NCBI GenBank assembly: GCA_003009755.1
Contig: PXUB01000019.1
Span: 74,827 to 118,105 of the forward strand
Reading direction: 5' to 3'
Length of the DNA stretch: 43,279 nt
DNA from: Thermoplasmatales archaeon SW_10_69_26
GTDB lineage: Archaea; Thermoplasmatota; SW-10-69-26
Both the position numbers and the translations under genes were made by a program. Every line of letters starts with the position of its first letter. Positions within the stretch are counted from its first letter, which is position 1. Shown in pieces: positions 1 through 9,109 of this stretch. The notes beneath the pieces were generated by a model. That model ran no database searches. It was given only the letters and a program-made list of their open reading frames with translations, and had not been told where the DNA came from.

Positions 1-780
1 GCGGGCGGCCCGCCAGGCGCTGCCCTCCCGGCGTTGCTGGGTGCCGATCAACGCGAGCCCGGTCGGGAGCGCGAGCGCGAGCTCGATCACGGTGGCCCAG
101 CCGTCGGAGTCGGAGGCGCCGTCGTTGCCGAGGTGCTCGCGGTAGAGGCGCTCGACGTAGGGTTCGCCCATGAAGTCGGACTCGAGCCGGGATTGGGCGT
201 CCTGGACGCCGTCCACGGCGTGGCGGAGCGTGAACCAGTCGAAGTGCTCGCTGTGGACTTGCAGCAGGACCCAATCCTCGTCGGCGCTGGGATCCTCGTA
301 CAGGCGGATGTGGTGGCGGTAGCCGAAGTAGTCGCCGTCGTTGAGCTGGGCGGACTCGCGCACCCACTGGCCCTCGCCGTCGTGGACGTAAGCGTAGCGG
401 GCCGTGCCCTTGGCTTGCCCCCAGACGATGTTGGTGCCGGTCACGTTGAGCCCGCCGGCGTCCTCGCGGTCGGTCGTGTTCGCGTCCTCGAGGACGGTCT
501 CGTTCCACTGCGTGGGCGAGCGCTCGCGCAGGGCTGTGAGGACCTCGGAGAGGTTGCCGATCACGACGACGTTCACGGGGCTGCGGTTCGCGAACGTCGG
601 GTCGTCGTTCAGGTACGGGTAGAACCCGCTCTCGTGATCGTCGAGGCGGTGCAGATCCGCCTCGCGCTCCGGCTCGGGCGCCGGACGGTCGTTGGTGGGG
701 GGCGCCAGCCAGCTGGTGGCCAGCCCGAACACCACGGCCAGGCCCAGGACGAGCCCCACGATGACGAGCGACCGCCGCAT
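1..780 (-). CDS. Membrane/secreted hypothetical protein, runs off the window start (possibly LssY C-terminal-like)
   Basis: Not in the ORF track. Manual translation from ATG at 780 gives MRRSLVIVGLVLGLAVVFGLATSWL...SPVNVVVIG...GYRHHIRLY...HSEHFDWFTLRH..., open to base 1, with a hydrophobic N-terminus and acidic body. CTTAAC TATA-like box about 27 nt upstream. Confidence 0.8.
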   Translation of the reverse strand, partial: MRRSLVIVGLVLGLAVVFGLATSWLAPPTNDRPAPEPEREADLHRLDDHESGFYPYLNDDPTFANRSPVNVVVIGNLSEVLTALRERSPTQWNETVLEDANTTDREDAGGLNVTGTNIVWGQAKGTARYAYVHDGEGQWVRESAQLNDGDYFGYRHHIRLYEDPSADEDWVLLQVHSEHFDWFTLRHAVDGVQDAQSRLESDFMGEPYVERLYREHLGNDGASDSDGWATVIELALALPTGLALIGTQQRREGSAWRAAR

Positions 781-923
781 GCTCGGTGGTCACGGAGCCG
801 CTGGAGGTTAAGCGTTCGGTGCTCGGCCCTGCTCAGCCATCGTCTTCGACGTCCGCTAGAGGTCGTTGAAGGGGTTGGACGGGCAAGGATGGGGTAGCCC
901 GGTGACCCCGGGAGCGTGATACG

Positions 924-1202
924 ATGGATACGCGGAAACTGATCGCAAGCGGTCTCGCGCTAGCACTGTTGAGCATCAGCGCCCCCGCCGTGGCCTCGGG
1001 CCCTGGCGGCCACGGACCGGACGAGGGGGGCGGCTTCGACGGGCTGCCCGACCAGGCCCTGTATGGGATCTGCAACGCGTTCGGGCACGCCGACGAGAAC
1101 GCGAGGGCCGCCCATCCGTTCGCCTGGCTGACCTCGGGCATGTGCGAGGACGCCTCGCACCCCGCCGACGACCGCGACGAGGCCGGCGGCCCGCCGCGGT
1201 AA
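924..1202 (+). CDS. Small secreted protein (92 aa, signal peptide, two Cys)
   Basis: MDTRKLIASGLALALLSISAPAVA signal peptide, acidic mature part, GGGAG upstream. Confidence 0.7.
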   Translation: MDTRKLIASGLALALLSISAPAVASGPGGHGPDEGGGFDGLPDQALYGICNAFGHADENARAAHPFAWLTSGMCEDASHPADDRDEAGGPPR

Positions 1203-1221
1203 CCGAGGGACAGATCGCCGG

Positions 1222-1273
1222 TTCCCCTCCCTTCTCTTCTCCCCTCCTCTCCTCCCGCTTGGCTCTTCTCTCC
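1222..1273 (+). terminator. Pyrimidine-rich tract, probable terminator
   Basis: About 50 nt of almost pure C/T directly after the 924-1202 stop. Confidence 0.4.
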
Positions 1274-1325
1274 GATCGATGCAACGTTTGGGCATCTGCG
1301 TGTGGGCCAGCGGGGAGGAGGGGGT

Positions 1326-1457
1326 GCGTTCCTCGGCGCGGTCGGCCTCGCCCAGGTCCTCGGCGGAGAGGTCGGCCAGGTCGTCGACGACGCGGGCGCC
1401 GGTGGCACGGGCCAGTTGCTCCACGTCGGAGGACTCGACGCGGCGGATGGCGAAGAT
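1326..1457 (-). pseudogene. Isolated thermosome (group II chaperonin) apical-domain fragment
   Basis: IFAIRRVESSDVEQLARATGARVVDDLADLSAEDLGEADRAEER matches the thermosome consensus (AVRRVKKSDMEKLARATGAKIV...DL...DLG.A..VEER); flanking sequence is unrelated. Confidence 0.75.
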
Positions 1458-1500
1458 GGATGAGGGTTGCCTGAACGAACCTCTACCGGCGGTGTGGGAG

Positions 1501-2055
1501 CTAGATGTAGCCTCGGATGTTGTCGCCGGTCGTCGTCGACTCCTGCTCGGGATCGGCCGGCGCCTCGGGGCCCAGGTGCTGGTTGAGGACCTCGATCAAC
1601 TCGAGGTGCTTCGTGTAGAGCGTGCGCAGGCTCTGGAAGAACCGATCCTGGCTGAGCCCGTCGTCGTAGACGGAGATGTCGAGCTGCCAGCGGGCGAGCA
1701 CGTCGTCCTCCATCTGCGGGGCGAAGCCGACGTCGCCGCCTTCGAAGGCGCACCGGCGGATGGCGTGGATCAGGCCCTGCTTGTCGTCCTGGGGCAACGC
1801 CTGGAACGGTTGCTTGTGGTTCGGGGACAGCTGGACGCCGAGCATCATCGCCAGCACCGGGCGCCCGGGCGGGCGCACGACGTGGATGTTGGCGTCCCCG
1901 GTGGAGGCCGGGTACTGGATCGTGTAGTGGAAGTCAGCCTGGTCGTCCTCGGTGATCCGTTTGGAGGAGATGCCTTCCTGGTCGAGCCAGCGGCGGATCT
2001 CGTCGTCGAGCTCGTCCGAGGCGAACGTTTCTCCCACGTCGGCGTCCAACGTCAT
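1501..2055 (-). CDS. DUF2299-like archaeal protein (184 aa)
   Basis: Acidic C-terminal part of the 547-aa track ORF starting MTLDADV; motifs IRRWLDQEG, FHYTIQYP, IHVVRP, VYDDGLSQDRFF. Confidence 0.7.
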   Translation of the reverse strand: MTLDADVGETFASDELDDEIRRWLDQEGISSKRITEDDQADFHYTIQYPASTGDANIHVVRPPGRPVLAMMLGVQLSPNHKQPFQALPQDDKQGLIHAIRRCAFEGGDVGFAPQMEDDVLARWQLDISVYDDGLSQDRFFQSLRTLYTKHLELIEVLNQHLGPEAPADPEQESTTTGDNIRGYI

Positions 2056-2129
2056 GGTCGATCCTCGCACCCGTAGGTGCAGAGAGGGATGGCGGCCATC
2101 CTTTGAAAGTTGGCCGACACGGGAACCTG

Positions 2130-4613
2130 TCAGTCTCCGCCTTCGGAGACCGGGTTGGCGTACAGGCGCGAACGCCGGCCCTCCCGCACCTTGTCGACGA
2201 GCCCGACGTCGACGAGCTGGCTGACGAGCTTGCTGGCGTAGGCCTTGGAGATCTCGGCGCGCTCGGCGAGCGTCGTCGTGTCCAGGCCGGGATCCTGGCG
2301 CACCGCCTCGTACACGGCCTCCGCCTTGCCGCGCTGCAGCGAGGCCAACGCCTGCATGCGTTTGGGGGAGTGCTGGCCCTGCACGAAGTAGTGGTTGTAG
2401 CCGCCGCGCTCGAGCTCGGCCAACACGTCCTCGCGGACGAGCACGTCGACGTGGTGCTCGACGGTTCGCTCGTTGGCGTCGACCTGGCGAGCGATCGCGC
2501 TCCCGTGGATGCCGGGCTCGACCTCGACGAGGTCGCGGATCTGCTGGCGGGTGTCGTGGGCCAGCACCTCGTCGCCTTGCAGGCGGCTGTACAGCGCCCA
2601 GACGGCGAGCGCGATCAGGCCCAGCAGACCGGCGCCCGTCGCGGCCCCGACGACCGGGTCGCCGCCGCCGAACGGGACGGCCTCGCCTCCCGGGCCGGCG
2701 CTCGCGGCCGACGACAAGGCGTCGGCCGGTTGCGTGAGGCCCTGGTGGGACTTGACGCCGGTGGTGTGCGTCAACGTCTCGCCGCTCCCCAACGCGAGGG
2801 CGACCGTGGTCGGGACCTCGGCGGATCCGGTGGCCCCGGCTTGGGCCTGGCCACCGGGGGTGCCGACGGCGAACTGGGCGGTCCGCGGGCCGCGCGGTTT
2901 CTCGTCGGCGAGCGGCTGGTAGCGGGCGAGCTCGAGGGGCGCGCTGGCGTTGTCGGGATCCAGCAGGCGCCAGCGGTCGAGGGCGGCGTCCCAGGTGGCG
3001 GCCTGGCTGGGCAGCGCCTGGGTGCCGCGGGCGGGCACCTGGGTCAGGTGGTCGGCGGCCTCGCGAGGTTGGTCGGTTTCGCGGCACTCGGCGGCGGGGG
3101 GAGCCAGGGCGTTGCCCTGGGCCTGGCCGACGGGGCGCTGGCACTCGACCAGGATCGGGCCCTCGTCGGGGGCGGTGTAGGCCAGGGTCCAGGTGAGCGT
3201 GCGAGCCTCGCCGGCGTCGGTGTCCTCGTCGGGCAGCAGTTGGGCGCCGGCGAGGACCGCGTCCTCGTCCTCGAGCAGGGCCTGCAGCTCGGTGAGCGTG
3301 GGGTCTTGCCGGGCGGCCTGCGAGGCGTCGGCGAGGGGGAACGGGACGGCCTCGGCGCTTCGGAGCTGGGGCCCGTCGAGCGGGGCCAGGGGGGCCCGGT
3401 CGATCGAGGCGGGCCCCCGGGGGGCCGCGTCCTGGGCGAGGGGCTCGCCGGCGCGGGTCAGGTTCGTCAGGTTGGCGGCGAACCGGTCGGCCTCGTCACC
3501 GTCCACGCCGACCGTGATCGTGTCGACCTGGATCGGGTAGGGGACGCCCTCGGCCCAGACGAGCTTCGCGACGATGCGAGGGTCCTCGGCGTCGTCGACC
3601 CCGTACTGGGGGACCGTGGTGAGCCCGCGCTGGGTCTCGGGCTCGCCGGTCCACCAGGAAGCGTCGAGGTCGGCCCCCGGGCAGGGGTCGCCGACGCGGG
3701 CGCCGGTCGCCAACGCGTCGCCCTGCAGGACGTTGCGGTACAGGCAGTCGACGACCGTGGGCCGGACGTCGTAGCGGATCTCCCAACGGATCTCCGCGCT
3801 GGCCCCCGAGGCCGAGGCCGACGAGGCCGAGCTGACGGGTCGCGTCTTGGCGACCGGGTCGGGATCTGCGGGGGCGTAGCGGACGCGGTCCTCGACGCCC
3901 TCGGAGCTGGCCTCGACCTCGAACAGGGGACCGCTGGACGCCTCGCCCTCCGCGTGCGAGGGGGTCAGGTAGGCGAGCTCGGGGCCCGTGAGCTCGCGGC
4001 CGCGTTCGTCGTGGAAGGTGGTGTTGGCGATCCAGGCGAACGGGACGGAGGCGGCCTCCGTCCAGTTGGGCTCGGCGACATCGGACCAGACGAGCAGCCG
4101 CCCCTCGCTGGCGTCGAGCGGCATCGGGACGTCGATCCGCTCGTCGGCGTCCGCCGAGCGGGCGGCCAGGGCCTCCTCGAAGAGAGCCTGGAAGCCCGGG
4201 ACCAGGCCCTCGCAGCCGCCCCCGCGGACGGCGATGCCGCCGGTGTCGGTGATCCGAAACGGGGCCAGGGTAGGGCCGTGGCAGCCGGCGGTGTCGGCTT
4301 TGGTCGAACCGCGGGTCCGCGAGTCCTCGTCCTCGACGACGACCTCGACGCGGTACTCGCCGGGCTCGCCGGGGTGGCGGTGCGTCCAGGTCTCCCCGGC
4401 GGGCACGGTCACTTCCTCGGACCAGGGGTCGGGACCGTCGATCGCGACCTCGACGTCGCGATCCCGGTTGTCGTCGTTCGCGAGCTGGACGAGCACGTGG
4501 GGCTCGTCGTCTGCGACGTGGTCGCTGGCCTCGCCGACGTCGGCGAGCATCGGGGCGGCCAGGACCACGGCGAGGGCGGCCAGCGCGAGACCGCCCTTGC
4601 TCGGGACGCTCAT
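2130..4613 (-). CDS. Membrane-anchored transcription regulator: signal peptide, large ectodomain, TM helix, tandem winged HTH
   Basis: Hydrophobic N-terminus; TM GAATGAGLLGLIALAVWALYSRL; then TRQQIRDLVEVEPGIH...TVEHHVDVL and VYEAVRQDPGL...YASKLVSQLVDVGLVDKVREGR. Alternative start 4628. Confidence 0.85.
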   Translation of the reverse strand: MSVPSKGGLALAALAVVLAAPMLADVGEASDHVADDEPHVLVQLANDDNRDRDVEVAIDGPDPWSEEVTVPAGETWTHRHPGEPGEYRVEVVVEDEDSRTRGSTKADTAGCHGPTLAPFRITDTGGIAVRGGGCEGLVPGFQALFEEALAARSADADERIDVPMPLDASEGRLLVWSDVAEPNWTEAASVPFAWIANTTFHDERGRELTGPELAYLTPSHAEGEASSGPLFEVEASSEGVEDRVRYAPADPDPVAKTRPVSSASSASASGASAEIRWEIRYDVRPTVVDCLYRNVLQGDALATGARVGDPCPGADLDASWWTGEPETQRGLTTVPQYGVDDAEDPRIVAKLVWAEGVPYPIQVDTITVGVDGDEADRFAANLTNLTRAGEPLAQDAAPRGPASIDRAPLAPLDGPQLRSAEAVPFPLADASQAARQDPTLTELQALLEDEDAVLAGAQLLPDEDTDAGEARTLTWTLAYTAPDEGPILVECQRPVGQAQGNALAPPAAECRETDQPREAADHLTQVPARGTQALPSQAATWDAALDRWRLLDPDNASAPLELARYQPLADEKPRGPRTAQFAVGTPGGQAQAGATGSAEVPTTVALALGSGETLTHTTGVKSHQGLTQPADALSSAASAGPGGEAVPFGGGDPVVGAATGAGLLGLIALAVWALYSRLQGDEVLAHDTRQQIRDLVEVEPGIHGSAIARQVDANERTVEHHVDVLVREDVLAELERGGYNHYFVQGQHSPKRMQALASLQRGKAEAVYEAVRQDPGLDTTTLAERAEISKAYASKLVSQLVDVGLVDKVREGRRSRLYANPVSEGGD

Positions 4614-4650
4614 CGGTCCGATGTCCATCGCGTCGTCCCCCTATGAAGCG

Positions 4651-5247
4651 TTAGGTCGAACCGCCGTGGGGAACGATCTCCCCGGTGACGTGGAAGTCCT
4701 GGCTGGTGTGGACGTCGGCGTACAGGGGGTCGGGCGTGGGGTTGGGTCGGTCGACGAGGATCCACAGCGACTGGCCCTCGTCGATCGAGAGGTCTCCGGC
4801 GGTGAGCGTCAGCGGCGAGGTGCCGCTGGTCTCGGCGATCGTCGACCAGGTGAAGCAGGAGCCGCCGCAGGAGCCGGCGCTGGCCAGGCTGATCTCCAGC
4901 TCGTCGGTGTCGGGCGTGTTGGCCTCCCAGCGGAGCTCGAGCTCGGCGTCCTCGGCCGAGCCCGTGATGCCGGTGTCGTGGCGGTCGTCGGCCTCGCCCA
5001 CGCTCGTGCCTCGGCAGCTGTGGAGCCCGGAGGGCAGGCAGGCGTCGTTGTCCAACTGTCCCTCCCAGTCGACGACGAGGGGGTCAGCCTGCTCTTCGTC
5101 GGAGGCCTGGGCGGCGCTGGCGGCCTGCACGGGTTCGCGGCCCGTGTCGGCGACGATGCCGAGCCCGGCCGTGGCGGTCAGGCCGACGGCGAGCAGGACG
5201 GCGACGGCGGTCGTAGCGGCGTGGTCCTCGATCGGTCGTGTCCTCAT
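4651..5247 (-). CDS. Secreted/membrane-anchored protein with two Cys pairs (198 aa)
   Basis: MRTRPIEDHAATTAVAVLLAVGLTATAGLGIV hydrophobic N-terminus followed by an acidic beta-type domain. Confidence 0.75.
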   Translation of the reverse strand: MRTRPIEDHAATTAVAVLLAVGLTATAGLGIVADTGREPVQAASAAQASDEEQADPLVVDWEGQLDNDACLPSGLHSCRGTSVGEADDRHDTGITGSAEDAELELRWEANTPDTDELEISLASAGSCGGSCFTWSTIAETSGTSPLTLTAGDLSIDEGQSLWILVDRPNPTPDPLYADVHTSQDFHVTGEIVPHGGST

Positions 5248-5366
5248 GTCCTCGGTCACCTCGACCGGGACTCGGCTGGGGGACACTTGAGGTGATTGGG
5301 CCGATCGGGAAACGGTGTGGGTCGGTCGGTGAAACGCCGCTCGCTGGAGGCGGGGGACGCGGTAGA

Positions 5367-5522
5367 TCAGGGCTGCGCGGTCGCCTCTCGGGTCGGGGCC
5401 TGGTGCTCGGCGTGGCAGTCCTCGTCGCAGAAGGCCCGCTGGGGCGGGTCGGCCCAGTCCTCGACCTCGAAGGGGATCGACTCTCCGCAGTGCTGGCAGG
5501 CGACCTCGATCGTTTCCCTCAT
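5367..5522 (-). CDS. Small zinc-finger protein (51 aa)
   Basis: MRETIEVACQHCGESI...RAFCDEDCH: CxxC plus FCxxxC (TRASH/MYM-like). Confidence 0.7.
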   Translation of the reverse strand: MRETIEVACQHCGESIPFEVEDWADPPQRAFCDEDCHAEHQAPTREATAQP

Positions 5523-5669
5523 CCTTGGATCACTCCGGCCCGCCCGTGGCACGGCAGGCCAAGCCTCCCTTGCCGGGCCAGACCTTCAGCTTTGCCCTTC
5601 CTTGGTGTGTCAGTTGTGCGCTACAGCGCACAGACCGTGCAGATCTGTGGGGTGTCGGCGGCGCGGCGC

Positions 5670-7532
5670 TCAGATCCGCTCCTGGATCGCCTCGCGCACG
5701 AGTCGGTTGACGGTCTCGCCCTCGAGCTTGCCTTTGAGTTCGCCCATGGCTTGCCCCATGAGGGCACCCATGGCGCCCATGCCTTGGTTCTCGACCATCT
5801 CGGCGTTGTCGTCGACGATGCCCTCGACGATCTCTCGGGCCTCGTCCTCGCTGACGCCGCCCAGACCCAGCTCCTCGACGGCGTCCTCGATCGCCAGCCC
5901 CTCGCGGGCGGCCTCGAGCAGGACGTCCTCGAGCGCGTCCTTGGTGAACGCGCCGTCGGTGAGGGCCGACACGGCCTCGCGGAGCAGCTCGTCGGGGACC
6001 TCGTGGCCCTCGTCCTCGACCTGGGGACGGATCTGGAGCACGCTGCTGGCGGCCACGGAGGCCTCGGCGCCCTCGGCGACGAGGTCGTCGAAGAGGCCGG
6101 CGTGCTCGCTGGTGGCGAGCGCGGCGGCGATCTCCTCGTTGAGCTCGAGCTCCTCCTGGTAGCGAGCCTGCTTCTCCTCGGGCAGCTCGGGCAAACCGGC
6201 CTCGATCGCCGCCATGCGGTCGGGGTCGATGGTGGCCGGCGGGACGTCGGTCTCGGGGTACATGCGGGCGCTGCCGGGCAGCGGGCGTAGGTAGCGCGTG
6301 AGCCCGTTCTCGAGGGCCTCCCGCGTCTCCTCGGGCACGCCCTCGAAGGCCGTGTGGGCCCGCTCGAGGGCGGCCTCCAGCGACCGTTGGGCGATGTCGG
6401 GATCGGCGGCGACGAGGCAGAAGGCGTCCTCGTCGGGGTCCGTGCCCAGCGCCTCGTGCACCTGACCGATCTCGTGCTCGGTGATGCCGTAGGCCGGCAA
6501 CTCGTCGGTGTGGAACAACCCGCTGGCGCCCTGGCTGCGGGCGTAGCCGGCCAACTCGCGGCCCAGCCGGTGGTCGGTCTCCTCCCTGGTGCCGAGGTGC
6601 CCGTCGAAGCCGGGCAGGGCCAGGGCCCAGACCTCGCCGTCGGCGGCGAGCGCGTCCTCGACGACGCTGCTGTCGGTGTGCTCGAAGACGTCGCTGACGT
6701 CGACCGGGCCCTCGGGCAGGGCCTCGGGGCTGGTCGTCTTCGACAGGCGGTCGGCCAGCTCGACGAAGGTGCGCTGGCGCTGCTGCTCCTGCTCGACGTA
6801 GGTCGGAAGCAGGTCCAGATCCTGCACGCCCTTGATCTCGACGCGAGCGCCCTCCGGGACGCTGATGTTGAGATCCTGGCGGATCGTGCCGAGCCCGCGC
6901 TTGGCTTGCCCGGTGGCGCGGATCATCGTCCCGATGCGCTGGGCGGCTTCCCGGACGGCCTCGGGGCTGTGCAGTTGGGGCGCAGTGGCGATCTCGACGA
7001 GCGGGATGCCCAGCCGGTCGAGCCGGTAGCGGGCTTGCCGGGAGCCGCGTTGCATGATACGGGCGGCGTCCTCCTCGAGCGCCATCGCCTCCAGCTCGAT
7101 CTCGCCCTCGCTGATCTCGATCGAGCCGCCTTTGGCGACGAGCGCGGTGCGTTGGAAGCCCGTCGTGTTCGAGCCGTCGATCACGATCTTGCGCATCGTG
7201 TGCACCTCGTCGGCGGGCCGGGCGTCGGTCATCGCGGCGATCGTGAGCGCGACGTCGAGGGCCTGCTGGTTGAGCGCGTGCGGGGGCTCCTCGTCGGCTT
7301 CGACCAGGCAGGCGGTGGCCGAGCTGGCCTCGTAGGAGAAGTCCCGGCCCTTGCGGGCTTCGGCGAGCGCGGCGCGGTCGACCTCGCCCATCTCGCTTTG
7401 CGTGGGGCGCAGCCGCCGCGTGATCGTGACCTCCTCGCGCTCGTCGAGCTCGGTGGGGCAATCGCAGAACAGCTTGCCGGTGTCGAGCTGCTGGTGGATC
7501 TCGAGCCCGCACACGAGGTCGGGGTCGCTCAT
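5670..7532 (-). CDS. gatE: Glu-tRNA(Gln) amidotransferase subunit E
   Basis: GLEIHQQLDTGKLFC, MRKIVIDGSNTTGFQRT, LEEDAAR, DRLGIPLVEIAT, RPLPGSARMYPETD; ATGA overlap with gatD. Confidence 0.97.
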   Translation of the reverse strand: MSDPDLVCGLEIHQQLDTGKLFCDCPTELDEREEVTITRRLRPTQSEMGEVDRAALAEARKGRDFSYEASSATACLVEADEEPPHALNQQALDVALTIAAMTDARPADEVHTMRKIVIDGSNTTGFQRTALVAKGGSIEISEGEIELEAMALEEDAARIMQRGSRQARYRLDRLGIPLVEIATAPQLHSPEAVREAAQRIGTMIRATGQAKRGLGTIRQDLNISVPEGARVEIKGVQDLDLLPTYVEQEQQRQRTFVELADRLSKTTSPEALPEGPVDVSDVFEHTDSSVVEDALAADGEVWALALPGFDGHLGTREETDHRLGRELAGYARSQGASGLFHTDELPAYGITEHEIGQVHEALGTDPDEDAFCLVAADPDIAQRSLEAALERAHTAFEGVPEETREALENGLTRYLRPLPGSARMYPETDVPPATIDPDRMAAIEAGLPELPEEKQARYQEELELNEEIAAALATSEHAGLFDDLVAEGAEASVAASSVLQIRPQVEDEGHEVPDELLREAVSALTDGAFTKDALEDVLLEAAREGLAIEDAVEELGLGGVSEDEAREIVEGIVDDNAEMVENQGMGAMGALMGQAMGELKGKLEGETVNRLVREAIQERI

Positions 7533-8842
7533 CGGGCCTCCTCCCTGGGGTAGTAGAAGCCGGTCCGGGGGCTTTGCTCTCGGCCTTGCGGCTGGCGGAA
7601 CAGCTCGCGGGCCTCGTCGGGATCGTCGGCGGTGGCCAGCGCCCAGACGAGCTTGACGTAGGCGGTCTCGGGCAGCATGTCCCCGGCCTCGATCGCTCCG
7701 GCCTCGACGAGCTGGCGGCCGGTCTCGTAGACGTGCATGTTCGTGCGGCCGTTGAGGCACTGGCTGGCCATGGCCACCAGCGTGCCCTCGTCGGTGAGCT
7801 CGTCGACGTCCTCGGCGAGGTGGCTGGGCAGGTGGCCCAGGCCGGTGCCGGCGACGACGAGGCCGTCCCGGGCGGCGGCGCGGATCTCGTCGGCGTCGAT
7901 GCCGGGGTAGCTGTGGACGAGGCCGACGTCGGCATCGAAGCTGCCGCTGCGTTGCACTCGGTCGGCGGGCTCGCGGGGCTCGACGTTCCACTCGATCGCG
8001 TCGTCGGTGACGACGCCCAGCGGGCGGTGGTCCAGCGACTGGAAGGCGTCGCGTCGGCTGGTGTGCATCTTGCGGGCCCGGCCCGCAGCGTGGATGGCCC
8101 AGGTCTCGTCGCTCATGCCCTCGTGCATGACGACCATGGCTTCGCCGGCGTCGGTCTCGGCGGCCACGCGCACGGCGCTGGTGAGGTTCGTGGCCGCGTC
8201 GCTGGAGGGGCGATCGGAGGAGCGTTGGGCGCCGACGAGGACGACCGGTCCGGGCAGCTCGTCGAAGGCCAGTTCCAGCGCCATCGCGGTGTAGTGCATC
8301 GTGTCGGTGCCGTGCGTGACGACGACGCCCTCGACGCCACGCTCGAAGGCAGCCTCGACGGCGTCGGCCAGCTGGCTCCAGTGGTCCGGGGTCAGGTCCT
8401 CGCTGAAGGCCTCGAACACGACCTCGGGGTCCAGGCGAGCGTGCTCGAAGGCCTCGGGCACGGCCGCGGCCAGCTCCTCGGGGCTGGTGGCCGGGTGGAC
8501 GGCGCCGGTGCGGTACTCGACGAAGCTGGCGATCGTGCCGCCGGTACCGAGCAAGGCGACAGTGGGCAGCTCGTCGACGTCATCCGGCATGGCCGGCGGT
8601 TGCTCGGGAGCCTCGCCGCCGGTCTCGAGCCGTTCGACCTCGTCCCCCTCGTCGACGCGAAGGCCGATGTTGTAGCCGCTGTCGAGCTTGAGGACGACGA
8701 CATCGGGGTCGGAGAAGCCGTGGCGGGGCATCACGCGACCCTCGAGGGTGTCCTCGTCGCGATGGACGCGGACCCGGTCGCCGGGCTCGGCGTCGACGGA
8801 GGCCAACAGCTGGTCCGCCGAGGAGGCCTGATCGGTGCTCAT
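7529..8842 (-). CDS. gatD: Glu-tRNA(Gln) amidotransferase subunit D
   Basis: LKLDSGYNIG, GTGGTIAS, HGTDTMHYTA, GAQRSSDRPSSD, RKMHTSRRDAF. Start 8842 (alternative GTG 8860). Confidence 0.97.
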   Translation of the reverse strand: MSTDQASSADQLLASVDAEPGDRVRVHRDEDTLEGRVMPRHGFSDPDVVVLKLDSGYNIGLRVDEGDEVERLETGGEAPEQPPAMPDDVDELPTVALLGTGGTIASFVEYRTGAVHPATSPEELAAAVPEAFEHARLDPEVVFEAFSEDLTPDHWSQLADAVEAAFERGVEGVVVTHGTDTMHYTAMALELAFDELPGPVVLVGAQRSSDRPSSDAATNLTSAVRVAAETDAGEAMVVMHEGMSDETWAIHAAGRARKMHTSRRDAFQSLDHRPLGVVTDDAIEWNVEPREPADRVQRSGSFDADVGLVHSYPGIDADEIRAAARDGLVVAGTGLGHLPSHLAEDVDELTDEGTLVAMASQCLNGRTNMHVYETGRQLVEAGAIEAGDMLPETAYVKLVWALATADDPDEARELFRQPQGREQSPRTGFYYPREEAR

Positions 8843-8906
8843 CGTCGGCTGAGACGTCACCGGAGGGGAAAACGTTGTCGGCGGCCACCGGCGGATCGCT
8901 CGCGCA

Positions 8907-9104
8907 CGATCGGCCCCGAAGGTTGGCTTTCCAGGGTGGGGGATGCTTCGGGGGGCCGGGGTGAACGGTTGGGCGACGGAGGCAGGGAGGCTGGGCAGGC
9001 CCCCGAAGCATTCCTTCGTCCCCGGGAGGGATTAAAGGCGTTGCCGGCAGGGCACGGAACCGGCCGTCCACCCCTGGCGACCGGCAGGCGTCCCCGGCCG
9101 ATCG
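8907..9104 (-). ncRNA. Candidate structured small RNA or leader
   Basis: Long stem 8941-8957/8998-9014 with outer pairings 8931-8939/9068-9077 and 8907-8915/9096-9104; TTTAAT on the minus strand at 9031-9036. Confidence 0.4.
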
Positions 9105-9109
9105 GCCGG

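Noticed and set aside
4651-5247. Type IV pilin call
   Set aside because: Weak class III cleavage motif and no pilus machinery nearby.
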